Source: Thermodesulfobacteriota bacterium
GTDB taxonomy: Bacteria; Desulfobacterota; Binatia; Bin18
DNA length: 64,000 bases
NCBI GenBank assembly: GCA_964291405.2
Contig: OZ219926.1
Span: 4,512,001-4,576,000, forward strand
Direction: 5' to 3'
The first letter of the stretch is position 1; each line of letters opens with the position of its first letter. The translations under genes were made by a program, and so were the position numbers. The notes beneath the pieces are model-generated. The model was not told the DNA's origin and ran no database searches. It saw only the letters and a list, made by a program, of their open reading frames with translations. Positions 39,850 to 49,411 of the stretch are shown piece by piece.

Positions 39850-41025
39850 TTATGTCTCAAGCAGACCCAAAGCTTGATAGGTCGCGTGTTCAAAGCGCTC
39901 ATATACGGGAATGGCCTTGACATCAAAAAAGGGCAGAATCTGCATCAGGATGACGCCGGTGACCTGCTTGGTCGGATCAATCCAGTAATAGGAGTTGAAG
40001 AGGCCGGCCCAGCTCAGGCTGCCAGCCGAGCGGGCTCCTGGCAGCGCGCTGGTATTAATCAAAAATCCCAGGCCGTGTTTATGCACGACCCCGGGGGAGA
40101 ATTTCACATCGTTGGAGAGCGGTGGGACGGCGGTGGTCATGTCTCCGGCGGCGAGGTCGCCAATATGGTTCTCTGACATCAGCGCAACGGTCTCGGGCTT
40201 GAGGATCTGCTGCCCGTTATGGCTGCCGCCTTTGAGGATCATCTGGACAAAGGCCAGATAGTCCGCAGCGGTCGAACTCAGCCCGTGCCCGCCGCTCTGG
40301 TATTCGGCGTCGGGCGTTACCAATTCAATATCCGTCGGGGCGAGTGTGCCGTCTTCACCACGCTGATGGACGCTGACCGTGCGGGTCTCCTGTTCCGCCG
40401 AACGCGTAAAACCGGTGTCTGTCATGCCCAGCGGCTCGAATACATTCCGGGCCAGATAGGCATCCAGAGTTTGGCCACTGACCGCCTCAACCAGTTGGCC
40501 GACCCAATCCGTATTGATCCCGTACTCCCAGCGTTCTCCCGGATCGCATACCAGTGGCATATTCAGCGCCGCTTTCTTGCCGCTGCCAATGCCCGGCTCT
40601 CCGGTTGCTTCCTGGTATTGGCCGAGACCGGGATTCCAGATCTCATAGCCAAACCCGGCGGTATGGGTCAAAAGTTGCCGGGCGGTGACGGGGCGTTTTG
40701 CCGGGCGGAGTTGCGGCTGTCCGGCGGCATCAAACCCTTCCAGCACCTGAGGCTGGGCGAGGGCGGGCATAATCTCACCTAGCGGCTGATCAAGTCCGAA
40801 TTTGCCCTGTTCGTAGAGCTGCATGGCCGCGACCGAGGCCACCGCTTTGGTCATGGACGCGATGCGAAAGACAGTGTCCGTTGTCATGGCCGGACCGGCA
40901 TTGAGCTTGCGCGTCCCAAATGCGCCGGCGTACACCGGCCCCGAGTCAGTGGCGACTGTGGCGACAACACCCGGAACATCCCCGGACTCCACCGCCTGAT
41001 TCAAAACGGCATCAATCTGTTGCAT
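39850..41025 (-). CDS. Serine hydrolase, beta-lactamase/esterase family
   Basis: IASMTK (SxxK), LLTHTAG, PGERWEYG, WAGLFNSYYWIDP. Confidence 0.92.
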   Translation of the reverse strand: MQQIDAVLNQAVESGDVPGVVATVATDSGPVYAGAFGTRKLNAGPAMTTDTVFRIASMTKAVASVAAMQLYEQGKFGLDQPLGEIMPALAQPQVLEGFDAAGQPQLRPAKRPVTARQLLTHTAGFGYEIWNPGLGQYQEATGEPGIGSGKKAALNMPLVCDPGERWEYGINTDWVGQLVEAVSGQTLDAYLARNVFEPLGMTDTGFTRSAEQETRTVSVHQRGEDGTLAPTDIELVTPDAEYQSGGHGLSSTAADYLAFVQMILKGGSHNGQQILKPETVALMSENHIGDLAAGDMTTAVPPLSNDVKFSPGVVHKHGLGFLINTSALPGARSAGSLSWAGLFNSYYWIDPTKQVTGVILMQILPFFDVKAIPVYERFEHATYQALGLLET

Positions 41026-41040
41026 GGTTTTCCCTTCCTT

Positions 41041-41517
41041 TCATTCCTGAGCATCTGGTGTGACTTTGATAGCTACGGTCTTGCCCGACTCCACACGGCT
41101 CACCCGTGGCCGCGCAAAGCCCAACCAGGCAAGCCAGTATTTATTGTTATAGGCTTCACCCATGCGTTCGACGATAGCCGCGTCCGTAAAAATCTCGGCT
41201 TTGCCGGTAAACGTAGGACCGTCTCTCCCTCCGATGGCGATCCGCACCGTGTTGCGCCCATCCAGAATACGCTTGGCTTTATACGAGCCTGGTGAGGCGG
41301 TGAGATAGATTACCTCATCGGCATACCAGAACCAGACCGGTGCTGCGCTGCCCCACTCGCCACTCTTGCGTTTGGTAGAAACATAGATCTCCTTAGCCGT
41401 GTGGAGCTGAGCAATCGTGTCGCTGTCCAGGGCCGCTGTCGTCCGGACCATGCCCGGAATGAGTCCGGCCAGGCAGAGCATGAGCAGGATAAGCAGTGCG
41501 GAAAAGGTGGACATCAT
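41041..41517 (-). CDS. Pyridoxamine-5'-phosphate-oxidase-like split-barrel protein with a signal peptide
   Basis: T.RKSG....PVWF, S.KAKRI, Y..KY; hydrophobic N-terminus. Confidence 0.65.
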   Translation of the reverse strand: MMSTFSALLILLMLCLAGLIPGMVRTTAALDSDTIAQLHTAKEIYVSTKRKSGEWGSAAPVWFWYADEVIYLTASPGSYKAKRILDGRNTVRIAIGGRDGPTFTGKAEIFTDAAIVERMGEAYNNKYWLAWLGFARPRVSRVESGKTVAIKVTPDAQE

Positions 41518-41535
41518 ATCCTCCGGGCGAGCGTA

Positions 41536-42681
41536 TTATTCCGCTTCGAGCGCGTCCGACAGGCGCACGAAGGCATTAAAAAAATCTTCTTTGAACTCCT
41601 GGACCACGGCTGCGGCTGACATCTGGCGATTCATCAGTCCGACCCCCTGGCCGACCCAATAGGTGGCCAATTCCTTGGCCCCGACATGACCGCTCTGGGA
41701 GAGCTTGTCCACTCGACCCAGGGCAGGCTCGGTGACCAGGGACTGCAAGGGCATGGGTAGCGGCGTGGGGCTGTCCCCGGCCTCCCAGGCATCCGTCCAC
41801 GGAGACCTGAGTTGGCGCGAATACTTGCCCGTACGGGCTTTTGATCTCACCGTGTCACGGGAGGAGGCGTGCAGCATTTTTTCCTTAACGACTGGATTGG
41901 TTTCAGCCTCGCTCGTCGTCAGCCACACCGAACCCGTCCACACCCCCGCGGCCCCCATGGCCATGCAGGCGGCCATTTGGCGGCCCGTCACAATGCCTCC
42001 CGCGGCTAAAATCGGGATATTGCCATACGGCTGAATCGCTGCATGAATCTCGGGGATCAGCACCATGGTTGAGACATCGCCGCAATGGCCGCCGGCCTCT
42101 CCGCCGGCAGCAATCAACACGTCAACTCCGGCTTGCACCTGGCGGATGGCATGCTTTTTTGCACCAACCAAAGCAGCGACCTGCACCCCGTGCCGTTTGC
42201 CCATCTCCAGCATGATGGTGGGCGGAACCCCCAGCGCATTGGCTACGAGCTTGATCGGATGCGAAAAGGCCACCTCCAGGGTTTCGGCCGCACCGCTGGC
42301 CTGCATATTCTGGCTGGCCCGGAACGTCTCGTCGCGAAAGCTGTACAGCCCCTCCGCCGGGATATCGTGCTGGGCCAGAATCCCGCCCGCGAACTGAAAA
42401 TACTCCTGGGGAATCGCCGCCTCAACCTTGTCCCGATTCAGTCCGCCAACACTCACCTCGGCCATCTTGTTGGGGACGATCAGATCGATACCGTACGGCT
42501 TGCCCTCAATGTGCTCATCAATCCAGCGCAGCTCTTCTTCCAGGCGATCCGGCGGATGGGCGACCGCGCCAAACACTCCCATCCCGCCCGCTTTGGAGAC
42601 CGCCACCACGACATCTCGGCAGTGGGTAAAGGCAATCAGGGGAAACTCAATGTCAAACATCTCGCAAATAGGGGTTTTCAT
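41536..42681 (-). CDS. Nitronate monooxygenase family flavoprotein
   Basis: AFTHCRDVV.AVS.AGG.G, GGEAGGHCG, LAAGGI.TG. Confidence 0.88.
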   Translation of the reverse strand: MKTPICEMFDIEFPLIAFTHCRDVVVAVSKAGGMGVFGAVAHPPDRLEEELRWIDEHIEGKPYGIDLIVPNKMAEVSVGGLNRDKVEAAIPQEYFQFAGGILAQHDIPAEGLYSFRDETFRASQNMQASGAAETLEVAFSHPIKLVANALGVPPTIMLEMGKRHGVQVAALVGAKKHAIRQVQAGVDVLIAAGGEAGGHCGDVSTMVLIPEIHAAIQPYGNIPILAAGGIVTGRQMAACMAMGAAGVWTGSVWLTTSEAETNPVVKEKMLHASSRDTVRSKARTGKYSRQLRSPWTDAWEAGDSPTPLPMPLQSLVTEPALGRVDKLSQSGHVGAKELATYWVGQGVGLMNRQMSAAAVVQEFKEDFFNAFVRLSDALEAE

Positions 42682-42691
42682 AGGTACGCTC

Positions 42692-43447
42692 CTAGTCAAC
42701 CAAGGCCCTGACTTCAGCCGGACTCGGGCCGTCCGGACGGAGGAGGACGACGGCATCGTCGAACCCGGCTTGTGCAAAACGCTGGAGAATTGCTCTGGCC
42801 CGACCCAGGTCATGATCGGCCGTCAACTGAATGCTGGAAACCATGGCTCTCTGCCCGCCGGCGGCACGATAGCGTCCGAGGGCGTCTATGACCTCGTCGG
42901 CGGTCCGGTAGAAGGCGGAAGCCACCCAGCCGTCAAAGTCTTTTGCGGCCCGCTCCACATTAGCACCCCAGCTACCGAGAATGAGGGGCGGGCCGCCGCT
43001 GACCGTTTTCCACGGCGTCAGGTCCGCGTGTTCATTCTTCTCCTCGGCGAGCAGGCGCTTCAATTGTGCCAGGCTGGTATCGAAGGTCTTGAACCGATCC
43101 GCATAGGAGCGCTCGAAGGCGATGAAGTCGGTTTCCGTAGACCCGACGCCAAGGCCGAGCGTGAGACGATCCCCACAGATTTGCATCAGAGAGAAAATGC
43201 GATGCGCCAGTTCGATCGGCCGGTATAACGGGAGCTGGAGAACCGCTGTCCCCAGTTCGACCTCCTCGGCTGCCGTTGCCGCGGTTGCCAGCGCCGTAAA
43301 CGGGTCTGGGAGCATAAACCCTCTGCCCACCGCCTGAGCCGCCCAGAGACTGTCGAAGCCCTCTCCGGCATAGCGTTTTGCTTGCTCCGCCAGATCGGTT
43401 GGCCGGGGTTGCGACGACAAGAAACCGATGATTGCGCCGAGCCGCAT
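42692..43447 (-). CDS. LLM-class flavin/F420-dependent oxidoreductase
   Basis: GFDSLW, DPF.ALA.AA, ELGTAVLQLP, RLTLGLGVG. Confidence 0.82.
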   Translation of the reverse strand: MRLGAIIGFLSSQPRPTDLAEQAKRYAGEGFDSLWAAQAVGRGFMLPDPFTALATAATAAEEVELGTAVLQLPLYRPIELAHRIFSLMQICGDRLTLGLGVGSTETDFIAFERSYADRFKTFDTSLAQLKRLLAEEKNEHADLTPWKTVSGGPPLILGSWGANVERAAKDFDGWVASAFYRTADEVIDALGRYRAAGGQRAMVSSIQLTADHDLGRARAILQRFAQAGFDDAVVLLRPDGPSPAEVRALVD

Positions 43448-43460
43448 GTCACTCCCGCCC

Positions 43461-43826
43461 CTATTTCTTTTCCTTTTTCTCCAGGTCACGCAAGAACTGA
43501 ATGTTCAGCTCAAGTCTTTCCCCCAGCCACAAGGCTCGGTGTGAGTGGTCGGCGATATCATCGTCGGTCCGTGGGTGAATAAGGACGTTGAGACCGGAAT
43601 GGTTCAGCATCAACCAGGGCACGAGGGCCTCAAACTGGTCCGGCTGGAAGGCGACCTGATACATGGATTGCGGGTGCGGGCCCACGGGCTTGTCGCGCCA
43701 GCGGCCCATTTCGACCTCGAATCCATTGCTGATGGCTTCACGTATGTCTGCGGCAGTCGCGCGGGTGGACTCATCATAATACACATGCGCGTGGAACCCT
43801 CTGATTTCGCTCTTGTCCTGCTGCAT
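43461..43826 (-). CDS. DOPA 4,5-dioxygenase family protein
   Basis: FHAHVYY, PVGPHP, WLMLNH.GL.VLIHP, DH..RALWLG. Confidence 0.9.
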   Translation of the reverse strand: MQQDKSEIRGFHAHVYYDESTRATAADIREAISNGFEVEMGRWRDKPVGPHPQSMYQVAFQPDQFEALVPWLMLNHSGLNVLIHPRTDDDIADHSHRALWLGERLELNIQFLRDLEKKEKK

Positions 43827-43851
43827 AGGGCCTCCCTTGGCTGGAATGGTG

Positions 43852-44469
43852 TTATCGAACGCCGCGCGTATTATCGCCGGCTGGCTCTCCGGGCTGCGGC
43901 TGCCAGTCAAAACCGATCTGGCGCCACAGGTCACGATAATCGTAATCGGTCTTGAGCGCCAGGTTGAGACGGTTGTACGAGGCAAAATCGCTAACGAGAT
44001 GGATCAACTGTACCACACCGGCATCGGTCAGGCCGATCTCGCGCAGGTGGGCAATGTCCGTATCCGTGACATCCTGCGGGCTGAGGTTCACCTTCAGGGC
44101 AAACTCCACAATGGTTTTCAGGCGGGGGTCAGCAATCGCCGCCGTCCCCTCAGCCAGAAACTGCCTGGTGTAGGCTTCGTCGGTCCGCAGGCCGTAGTTC
44201 AAAATCGTACAAAAGGCCGCCGTGCAGTAGGGACAGCCGTTGGCCTTGGAAACGGCAATGCCGACGTGCTGAATTTCCGCCATGGAGAGCTCGCCCATTT
44301 GCCACAGGACCTTGGTTGTGCCGAGCTTGGCCTTGAGCAATTCCGGGCAGTTCAGTTCAACATAGAAGTGATTGGGCACCGCGCCTTCCATGTCGGTGAC
44401 CCAACTGAAAATTTCCCTAATGATCGGATCGTCAATACGTTCTGGTTTGTTGATTGCCACACGGGCCAT
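43852..44469 (-). CDS. AhpD/carboxymuconolactone decarboxylase family protein
   Basis: VSKANGCPYC motif. Confidence 0.82.
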   Translation of the reverse strand: MARVAINKPERIDDPIIREIFSWVTDMEGAVPNHFYVELNCPELLKAKLGTTKVLWQMGELSMAEIQHVGIAVSKANGCPYCTAAFCTILNYGLRTDEAYTRQFLAEGTAAIADPRLKTIVEFALKVNLSPQDVTDTDIAHLREIGLTDAGVVQLIHLVSDFASYNRLNLALKTDYDYRDLWRQIGFDWQPQPGEPAGDNTRGVR

Positions 44470-44599
44470 ACGTCACCACCTGTTGATTGTTGACTGGGGC
44501 GCTGAGCTTCGCCCTGATTTTTAATATCCCGCTATCCACCGAGATGCAAAGTCGGTGGCTTCTGCGAGTCAAAAGAAAGCTACTCAACCGTCGTGGCGG

Positions 44600-47500
44600 T
44601 CAGGCCGCAGCGACGGTTTCGTAATACGGCGAGGGGAGGGTGGGGTAGACCTGGGATATGTGGCGAAAGATGTCCTCGGTCTTTATTTTTACATCGTCTT
44701 CGCTGTAGCTGCTCTCTGGCAGGCCGGTCTCACTGTTATAGAGAAAGTCATAGATAAACACCCGCACCGCGTCTCGGGTAGCTTCTTTGTCCTGCCACTG
44801 ATCGATTCGTAATTTTTCGGCCTTCAGTTTTTCCAGCAGATCGTGCGCTACCACCTTGATCTGCTTGATCTCGGCTGGGCTGAGCGTTGGTTTTTTCAGC
44901 AGATCAAAGATAGCCAGTGATTCTTTGTCCAGTTCCTCACGAATCCACCGCTTCTCTTCTTCATCCAACTCCTGCACCAGCCTGAGCAGCGCCTCAAAGG
45001 TTTGCTCAATCGTCACACGGTCCTTCTCCCGGTTGTATTGGGCAACGATCTCTTCGTAGTGGCGCTGAAAATCGGTCCGCAACGGGTTCTGTTGCAATAA
45101 CCGCCGCAGCCGGCTTTCTACACTGTGGCGCAGGTTCTGGACAACGCTGTTCCTGGTCGGGCTGCGCTCAAACTCGTGTTTCAACCGCTCGAAATCAATC
45201 CGGCTGATGTCATAGGGCTCTTGCTTGTCTTTCATAGCGTCAGGCCAAACCTCAATGGCCTCGTCCACCACTTGGTGCAGGGTGCGGATGATGGCACTGA
45301 TATCAGCCCGCTCGCGATCCCGTTGCAGACTCTTGTAGATAATGTTGATGGTATCGCGTTCACGACGGTAGACATTCACGCCCGACACATTCAGGCAGGC
45401 CCGAAACTTCTTGAACACCTCGCGGCATAGCACCTCGAAGCGCTTGCGGGCCTCGTCGTTCTCATTCGCCGCCTCCTTGCAGGCCATAATGGCGGCGTTA
45501 CGCTCGAAGCCGGACAGTTCGATCACGTCGTCCAGCGGTGCGCCACGCTCGCCGAGAAAGGTCCGTACCAGGGCAATCGCCTCGGCCAGGTCAGCCAGCA
45601 ACTCTTCATTGGGTTTGGCCGGGTCGATTTCTCCACCACCGTCCGTCCGGGTGCCGGCGAAGGTCGCCAATGCCTTGCGCAGGTGGGTCAGGATGCCGCA
45701 GTAGTCTACGATCAGACCGTTGTTTTTTCCTTCGTTGACCCGGTTGGCGCGGGCAATGGCCTGCATCAGCGTGTGGGCCTTGAGCGGTTTGTCGAGATAC
45801 AGCGTGGACAGGCTCGGTACGTCGAAACCGGTCAACCACATGGCGCACACAATGGCGATGCGGAAGGGATGTTCTTCTTCTTTGAAGGCTTCGTCCAGCG
45901 CCATGCGCTGCATATTGCGAAAGCGTGGCTGGCCGCGCATGGATTCGGGCAGTTCCATACCGTCCTTGATGAGGCGGCGGTGCGGGGTGATGTCCAGCTC
46001 CCATTTGCGGAACTTCTCCACCTCGCCCTGCTCCTCGCTCACCACGACCGCCGCGCGGGTCTCACCCATCCAGTTGATGTGCCGCGTCAGATGGCTCTTC
46101 TCCTGCTCGTCGGTAGCCGCCGACTTCTCCGCAGCCAATTCCCTGATGCGCTCCTGCCAGTAGAACTCGATCAGCCGGTGCATCCGTACGCAGGTGATTT
46201 TATCAATACATACCAGCATGGCCTTGCCCGTCTCCCAGGCCGTTGAGTAGTGACGCACGAAATCTCGTGCCACCTGGTCGAGGCGCTTGTCTGCGGTGAT
46301 GATGTGATAGTCGCGCTTCAGTTCCCGTTCCAGCCGCTGCTCTGTGTCGATGCCGTCGATTTCCAGTTCATCCAGCTTGTCGGCAATCCGCTCGTTCAGG
46401 TCGCCGATGGCCACGCCCAGGTTGTCGCCTCGGGCGTCGTAATAGAGCGGCACGGTAGCCTTATCCTCCACTGCCCGCTGAAAATCGTAGGTTGAGACGT
46501 AGTCGCCAAAGACCTGCCGTGTGATTTCGTCATCCTTGAACAGTGGCGTGCCGGTGAAGCCGATATAGCTGGCGTTCGGCAGGGCATTCCGCAGGTTGAG
46601 CGCCAGTGTGCCGTACTGGGTGCGGTGGGCCTCGTCCGTGATAACGATGACATCGTCGCGCGCGGTATAACTCTCGCCCTGACCTACGTCCCGGTTGAAC
46701 TTCTGGATCAGCGAGAAGACGTATGCCTTATGCTGGGCCAACAAGTGGCGCAGGTCCTCGCCGCTGGCGGCCCGGCAGGGGTCTTTGTCGTGATCCACCA
46801 CCCCGCAGCCGGCAAAGGTCTTGTAAATCTGGGTGTCGAGATCGTCACGGTCGGTCAACACCAGAAAGGTGAAGTTGCCGCTGAGTTTACGGTGTACCTT
46901 GCGGGCGAACATCACCATTGAGTAGCTTTTGCCGGCCCCCTGGGTATGCCAGAAGACACCCAGTCTGCGCTGGCGGCCCTCTCGTTCACGCACCGCCTCA
47001 ATAGCCCGGTTGACACCCAGGAACTGGTGATTGCGGGCCAGGATTTTCTTGAGCTCGCCCGAGGACTCGTCAAAGAGAATGAAATTCTCCACCAGGTCCA
47101 TGAAGTTCCGCTTGTCACAGACGCCCTTGAGCAGCGTCTCCATGTCCACCACGCCGGGGTCCGCCTCGTCGAGCCGCTTCCACTCGTGGAAGTGCTCCCA
47201 CTTGCTGGTGATGGAACCGAGCTTGGCCTTCTCACCGTTGCCGAATAGGACAATGGCGTTATGGTGGAACAGGTGCGGAATGGTGTCCCGGTAGTCGGAA
47301 TAGTTTTGCTCAAAGGCGGTCTGAAGGTTGCGGTGGATGTTCTTGCACTCGATAAACAGCAGCGGCAGTCCGTTGACAAAGCCGACAATATCGGCCCGGC
47401 GGTGATACAGGTCGCCCCGCACCCACAGCTCACGCACGCACAGAAAGTGATTGTTCTCCGGCTCGTCAAAGTCGAACACCCGCAGGCGTTCCCGCACCAG

Positions 47501-47842
47501 TTCGTCTTTGTCGTTGCGAAAGGAGACCTGCACGCCGTCACGGATAAGGGCGTATTGATCGCGGTTGGCGGCGACCAGGGTTTGTGAGGCCACAGGAGTG
47601 GTGAGCTGGCGCACGGCCTCGGCATAGGCGGCCTCGGGCAGACCCGGATTCAGGGCGCTCAGCCGCTCGCGGAGCGTGCGGGTCAGCACCACCTCGCGGT
47701 CGGAGCTACGACCCAGCAGGCTGTCCGGTCCGAAGTCCTCGTTGTTATAGGCATAGACCGACTCCCAGCCGAGCTGGTGTTCCAGATAATCCGCAGTCGT
47801 CTGCTGAACGAGCGTGTCTTCGGTGTAGGCTGTCGATGTCAT
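44600..47842 (-). CDS. hsdR: Type I restriction endonuclease subunit R
   Basis: ADIVGFVNGLPL..IECK, HTQGAGKS, DEAHR, GFTGTP, MWLTGFD, QAIARANR. Confidence 0.97.
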   Translation of the reverse strand: MTSTAYTEDTLVQQTTADYLEHQLGWESVYAYNNEDFGPDSLLGRSSDREVVLTRTLRERLSALNPGLPEAAYAEAVRQLTTPVASQTLVAANRDQYALIRDGVQVSFRNDKDELVRERLRVFDFDEPENNHFLCVRELWVRGDLYHRRADIVGFVNGLPLLFIECKNIHRNLQTAFEQNYSDYRDTIPHLFHHNAIVLFGNGEKAKLGSITSKWEHFHEWKRLDEADPGVVDMETLLKGVCDKRNFMDLVENFILFDESSGELKKILARNHQFLGVNRAIEAVREREGRQRRLGVFWHTQGAGKSYSMVMFARKVHRKLSGNFTFLVLTDRDDLDTQIYKTFAGCGVVDHDKDPCRAASGEDLRHLLAQHKAYVFSLIQKFNRDVGQGESYTARDDVIVITDEAHRTQYGTLALNLRNALPNASYIGFTGTPLFKDDEITRQVFGDYVSTYDFQRAVEDKATVPLYYDARGDNLGVAIGDLNERIADKLDELEIDGIDTEQRLERELKRDYHIITADKRLDQVARDFVRHYSTAWETGKAMLVCIDKITCVRMHRLIEFYWQERIRELAAEKSAATDEQEKSHLTRHINWMGETRAAVVVSEEQGEVEKFRKWELDITPHRRLIKDGMELPESMRGQPRFRNMQRMALDEAFKEEEHPFRIAIVCAMWLTGFDVPSLSTLYLDKPLKAHTLMQAIARANRVNEGKNNGLIVDYCGILTHLRKALATFAGTRTDGGGEIDPAKPNEELLADLAEAIALVRTFLGERGAPLDDVIELSGFERNAAIMACKEAANENDEARKRFEVLCREVFKKFRACLNVSGVNVYRRERDTINIIYKSLQRDRERADISAIIRTLHQVVDEAIEVWPDAMKDKQEPYDISRIDFERLKHEFERSPTRNSVVQNLRHSVESRLRRLLQQNPLRTDFQRHYEEIVAQYNREKDRVTIEQTFEALLRLVQELDEEEKRWIREELDKESLAIFDLLKKPTLSPAEIKQIKVVAHDLLEKLKAEKLRIDQWQDKEATRDAVRVFIYDFLYNSETGLPESSYSEDDVKIKTEDIFRHISQVYPTLPSPYYETVAAA

Positions 47843-47848
47843 CGCCGC

Positions 47849-48229
47849 TTATGCCGTCAGCGTACGGACGCCGTAGAGCGGGATGCGGGCGTCCCTGGTG
47901 ACGAGAATCAGTCCTTCGGCTTGGGCCTGGGCGACCAGCATCCGGTCGAACGGGTCGCCGTGGTGCGGCGAAAGGGCGCCGGCCTGCTCTGCGTGATGAA
48001 AGGTAAGAGATAGCGGTGTAAAGCCCTGCTCTTTGATACTCGCTTCCAGGTTATCCGGGGCCTGAAGCTTCCCCAGCGCACGCTTGACGGCGATCTCCCA
48101 GACGCTAACCGGACTGACGAAGACGTCGTTTTGTGCGTCCTCTAAGGCCGTACGAGCGAGCGTGCTCAACTTCCGGGGTTCGGTGAGCGTCCATAAGAGG
48201 GCATGGGTATCCAGCAGGAAACGCTCCAT
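47849..48229 (-). CDS. vapC: VapC/PIN-domain toxin
   Basis: LLDTHALLW, SVWEIAVK, HGDPFDRMLVAQA. Confidence 0.92.
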   Translation of the reverse strand: MERFLLDTHALLWTLTEPRKLSTLARTALEDAQNDVFVSPVSVWEIAVKRALGKLQAPDNLEASIKEQGFTPLSLTFHHAEQAGALSPHHGDPFDRMLVAQAQAEGLILVTRDARIPLYGVRTLTA

Positions 48230-48483
48230 TATTCGTCTTCATCCGGGAATATCTTTGAGTTGTAGAACGCGTCGATAAACTCCTGGGGCGTCTCGTCAAA
48301 GTCCGGGGCAATCCAGATTTGTCCCTTCAGTGCCCCGAGTTTCCGCTTGGTCTTCGGCTTGCGATACGGCTCCAGCCGCAGATAGGGTTCGCCAGCCTTG
48401 GCGATGACGATTTCCTCTCCCTCCCAGGCCAATTTGCCCAGCTTCGAGAGCTGCGACTTTGCCTCGTGCATATTCACTTTCAT
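48229..48483 (-). CDS. Phd/YefM family antitoxin
   Basis: VNMHEAKSQLSKL, GEEIVIAKAG.P; overlaps vapC. Confidence 0.9.
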   Translation of the reverse strand: MKVNMHEAKSQLSKLGKLAWEGEEIVIAKAGEPYLRLEPYRKPKTKRKLGALKGQIWIAPDFDETPQEFIDAFYNSKIFPDEDE

Positions 48484-48636
48484 AAGACTCTCCAGATAGC
48501 TAAGTTAGGCTAAGTCTACAAGAATGCCCTAGCTCCGTCAATGTGAGAAGCGAGTCGTTTGGGTATCTTCAGCACGTCAGTGATCGATCCAGACCGCAAT
48601 ATCGACAAGGATCATGTGGGGCGTTGAAGGAGACTC

Positions 48637-48867
48637 CTAACTTGTAGGGTACTTGCAGGGTAGCTTGTGGGGTACTTGGTCCCGACTTAGTCCCGACTTG
48701 GTCCCGACAATCTCGCCCTTGTCCGTGACCCCAAGCAGGATGACACCCCCGGAGGCATTGGCAAAGGCGCACATCTCTCGTCCAAGATCAGATGGCATGG
48801 AACGTTTGAACTCAGACGTGAATCCTTCGCCTTGGGCAATCAGGGTATGAAGCTCTTGCGCGTTCAT
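48637..48867 (-). pseudogene. Internally deleted Schlafen/AlbA_2-domain gene
   Basis: GEG...EFK......REMCAFANASGGVILLGV.D.G fused directly to 12-bp linker repeats. Confidence 0.75.
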
Positions 48868-48914
48868 GTCGGCTTGGTCCGCTGTTCGCGGAGGGTATTC
48901 AGTCCTTCATCTTA

Positions 48915-48942
48915 TTGACGAATCACCCGGACAGCATACCAT
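48915..48942 (+). promoter_or_regulatory. Putative promoter of hicB-hicA
   Basis: TTGACG-16 nt-TACCAT. Confidence 0.4.
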
Positions 48943-48986
48943 ACATCAAGGGCGAAGATGATAATCTCTTAAAGAGGGAGCGCATA

Positions 48987-49232
48987 ATGTCAGAGGAATA
49001 TCAGTTGCATCTCCAGATCAAGCGGCTGGAGACCGGGGAATATCTGGCAACAGCAGAGGATTTCCCCGGTCTGGTGGCTCAGGGGAGGACCGTAGCCGAG
49101 GCAGTGGAAATTGCTCAGGACGTGACGAGAAAGCTCATCGAGTCCTATCGGGAACATGGCGACCCACTGCCGAAGGGCCTGCGCCCCATGAATAGGACGG
49201 TCGTTGAGTTAGATGTCCCTATTGGTGCCTGA
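48987..49232 (+). CDS. hicB: HicB family antitoxin
   Basis: GEYLATAEDFPGLVAQGRTVAEAVEIAQDV..KLIESY..HGDPLP. Confidence 0.88.
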   Translation: MSEEYQLHLQIKRLETGEYLATAEDFPGLVAQGRTVAEAVEIAQDVTRKLIESYREHGDPLPKGLRPMNRTVVELDVPIGA

Positions 49233-49411
49233 TGGGGCATTTGGCAGGTTTCACTTATCGACAAGTGACTCGTAGGCTACGTCGGTTAGGGTTCGCCTTT
49301 AGCCGTCGTCGCACAACTATTCCCAATCATCCTGGGGATTTACCCGAAGGGACTTTGGCGGCGATTCTGCAACAGGCTGGTGTGTCCGTAGAAGAATTTC
49401 TTGCGGCGTAA
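49232..49411 (+). pseudogene. hicA: HicA family toxin with an apparent in-frame deletion of the catalytic GSH hairpin
   Basis: Manual translation MGHLAGFTYRQVTRRLRRLGFAFSRRRTTIPNHPGDLPEGTLAAILQQAGVSVEEFLAA*; TGATG coupling to hicB; no GSH motif. Confidence 0.75.
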
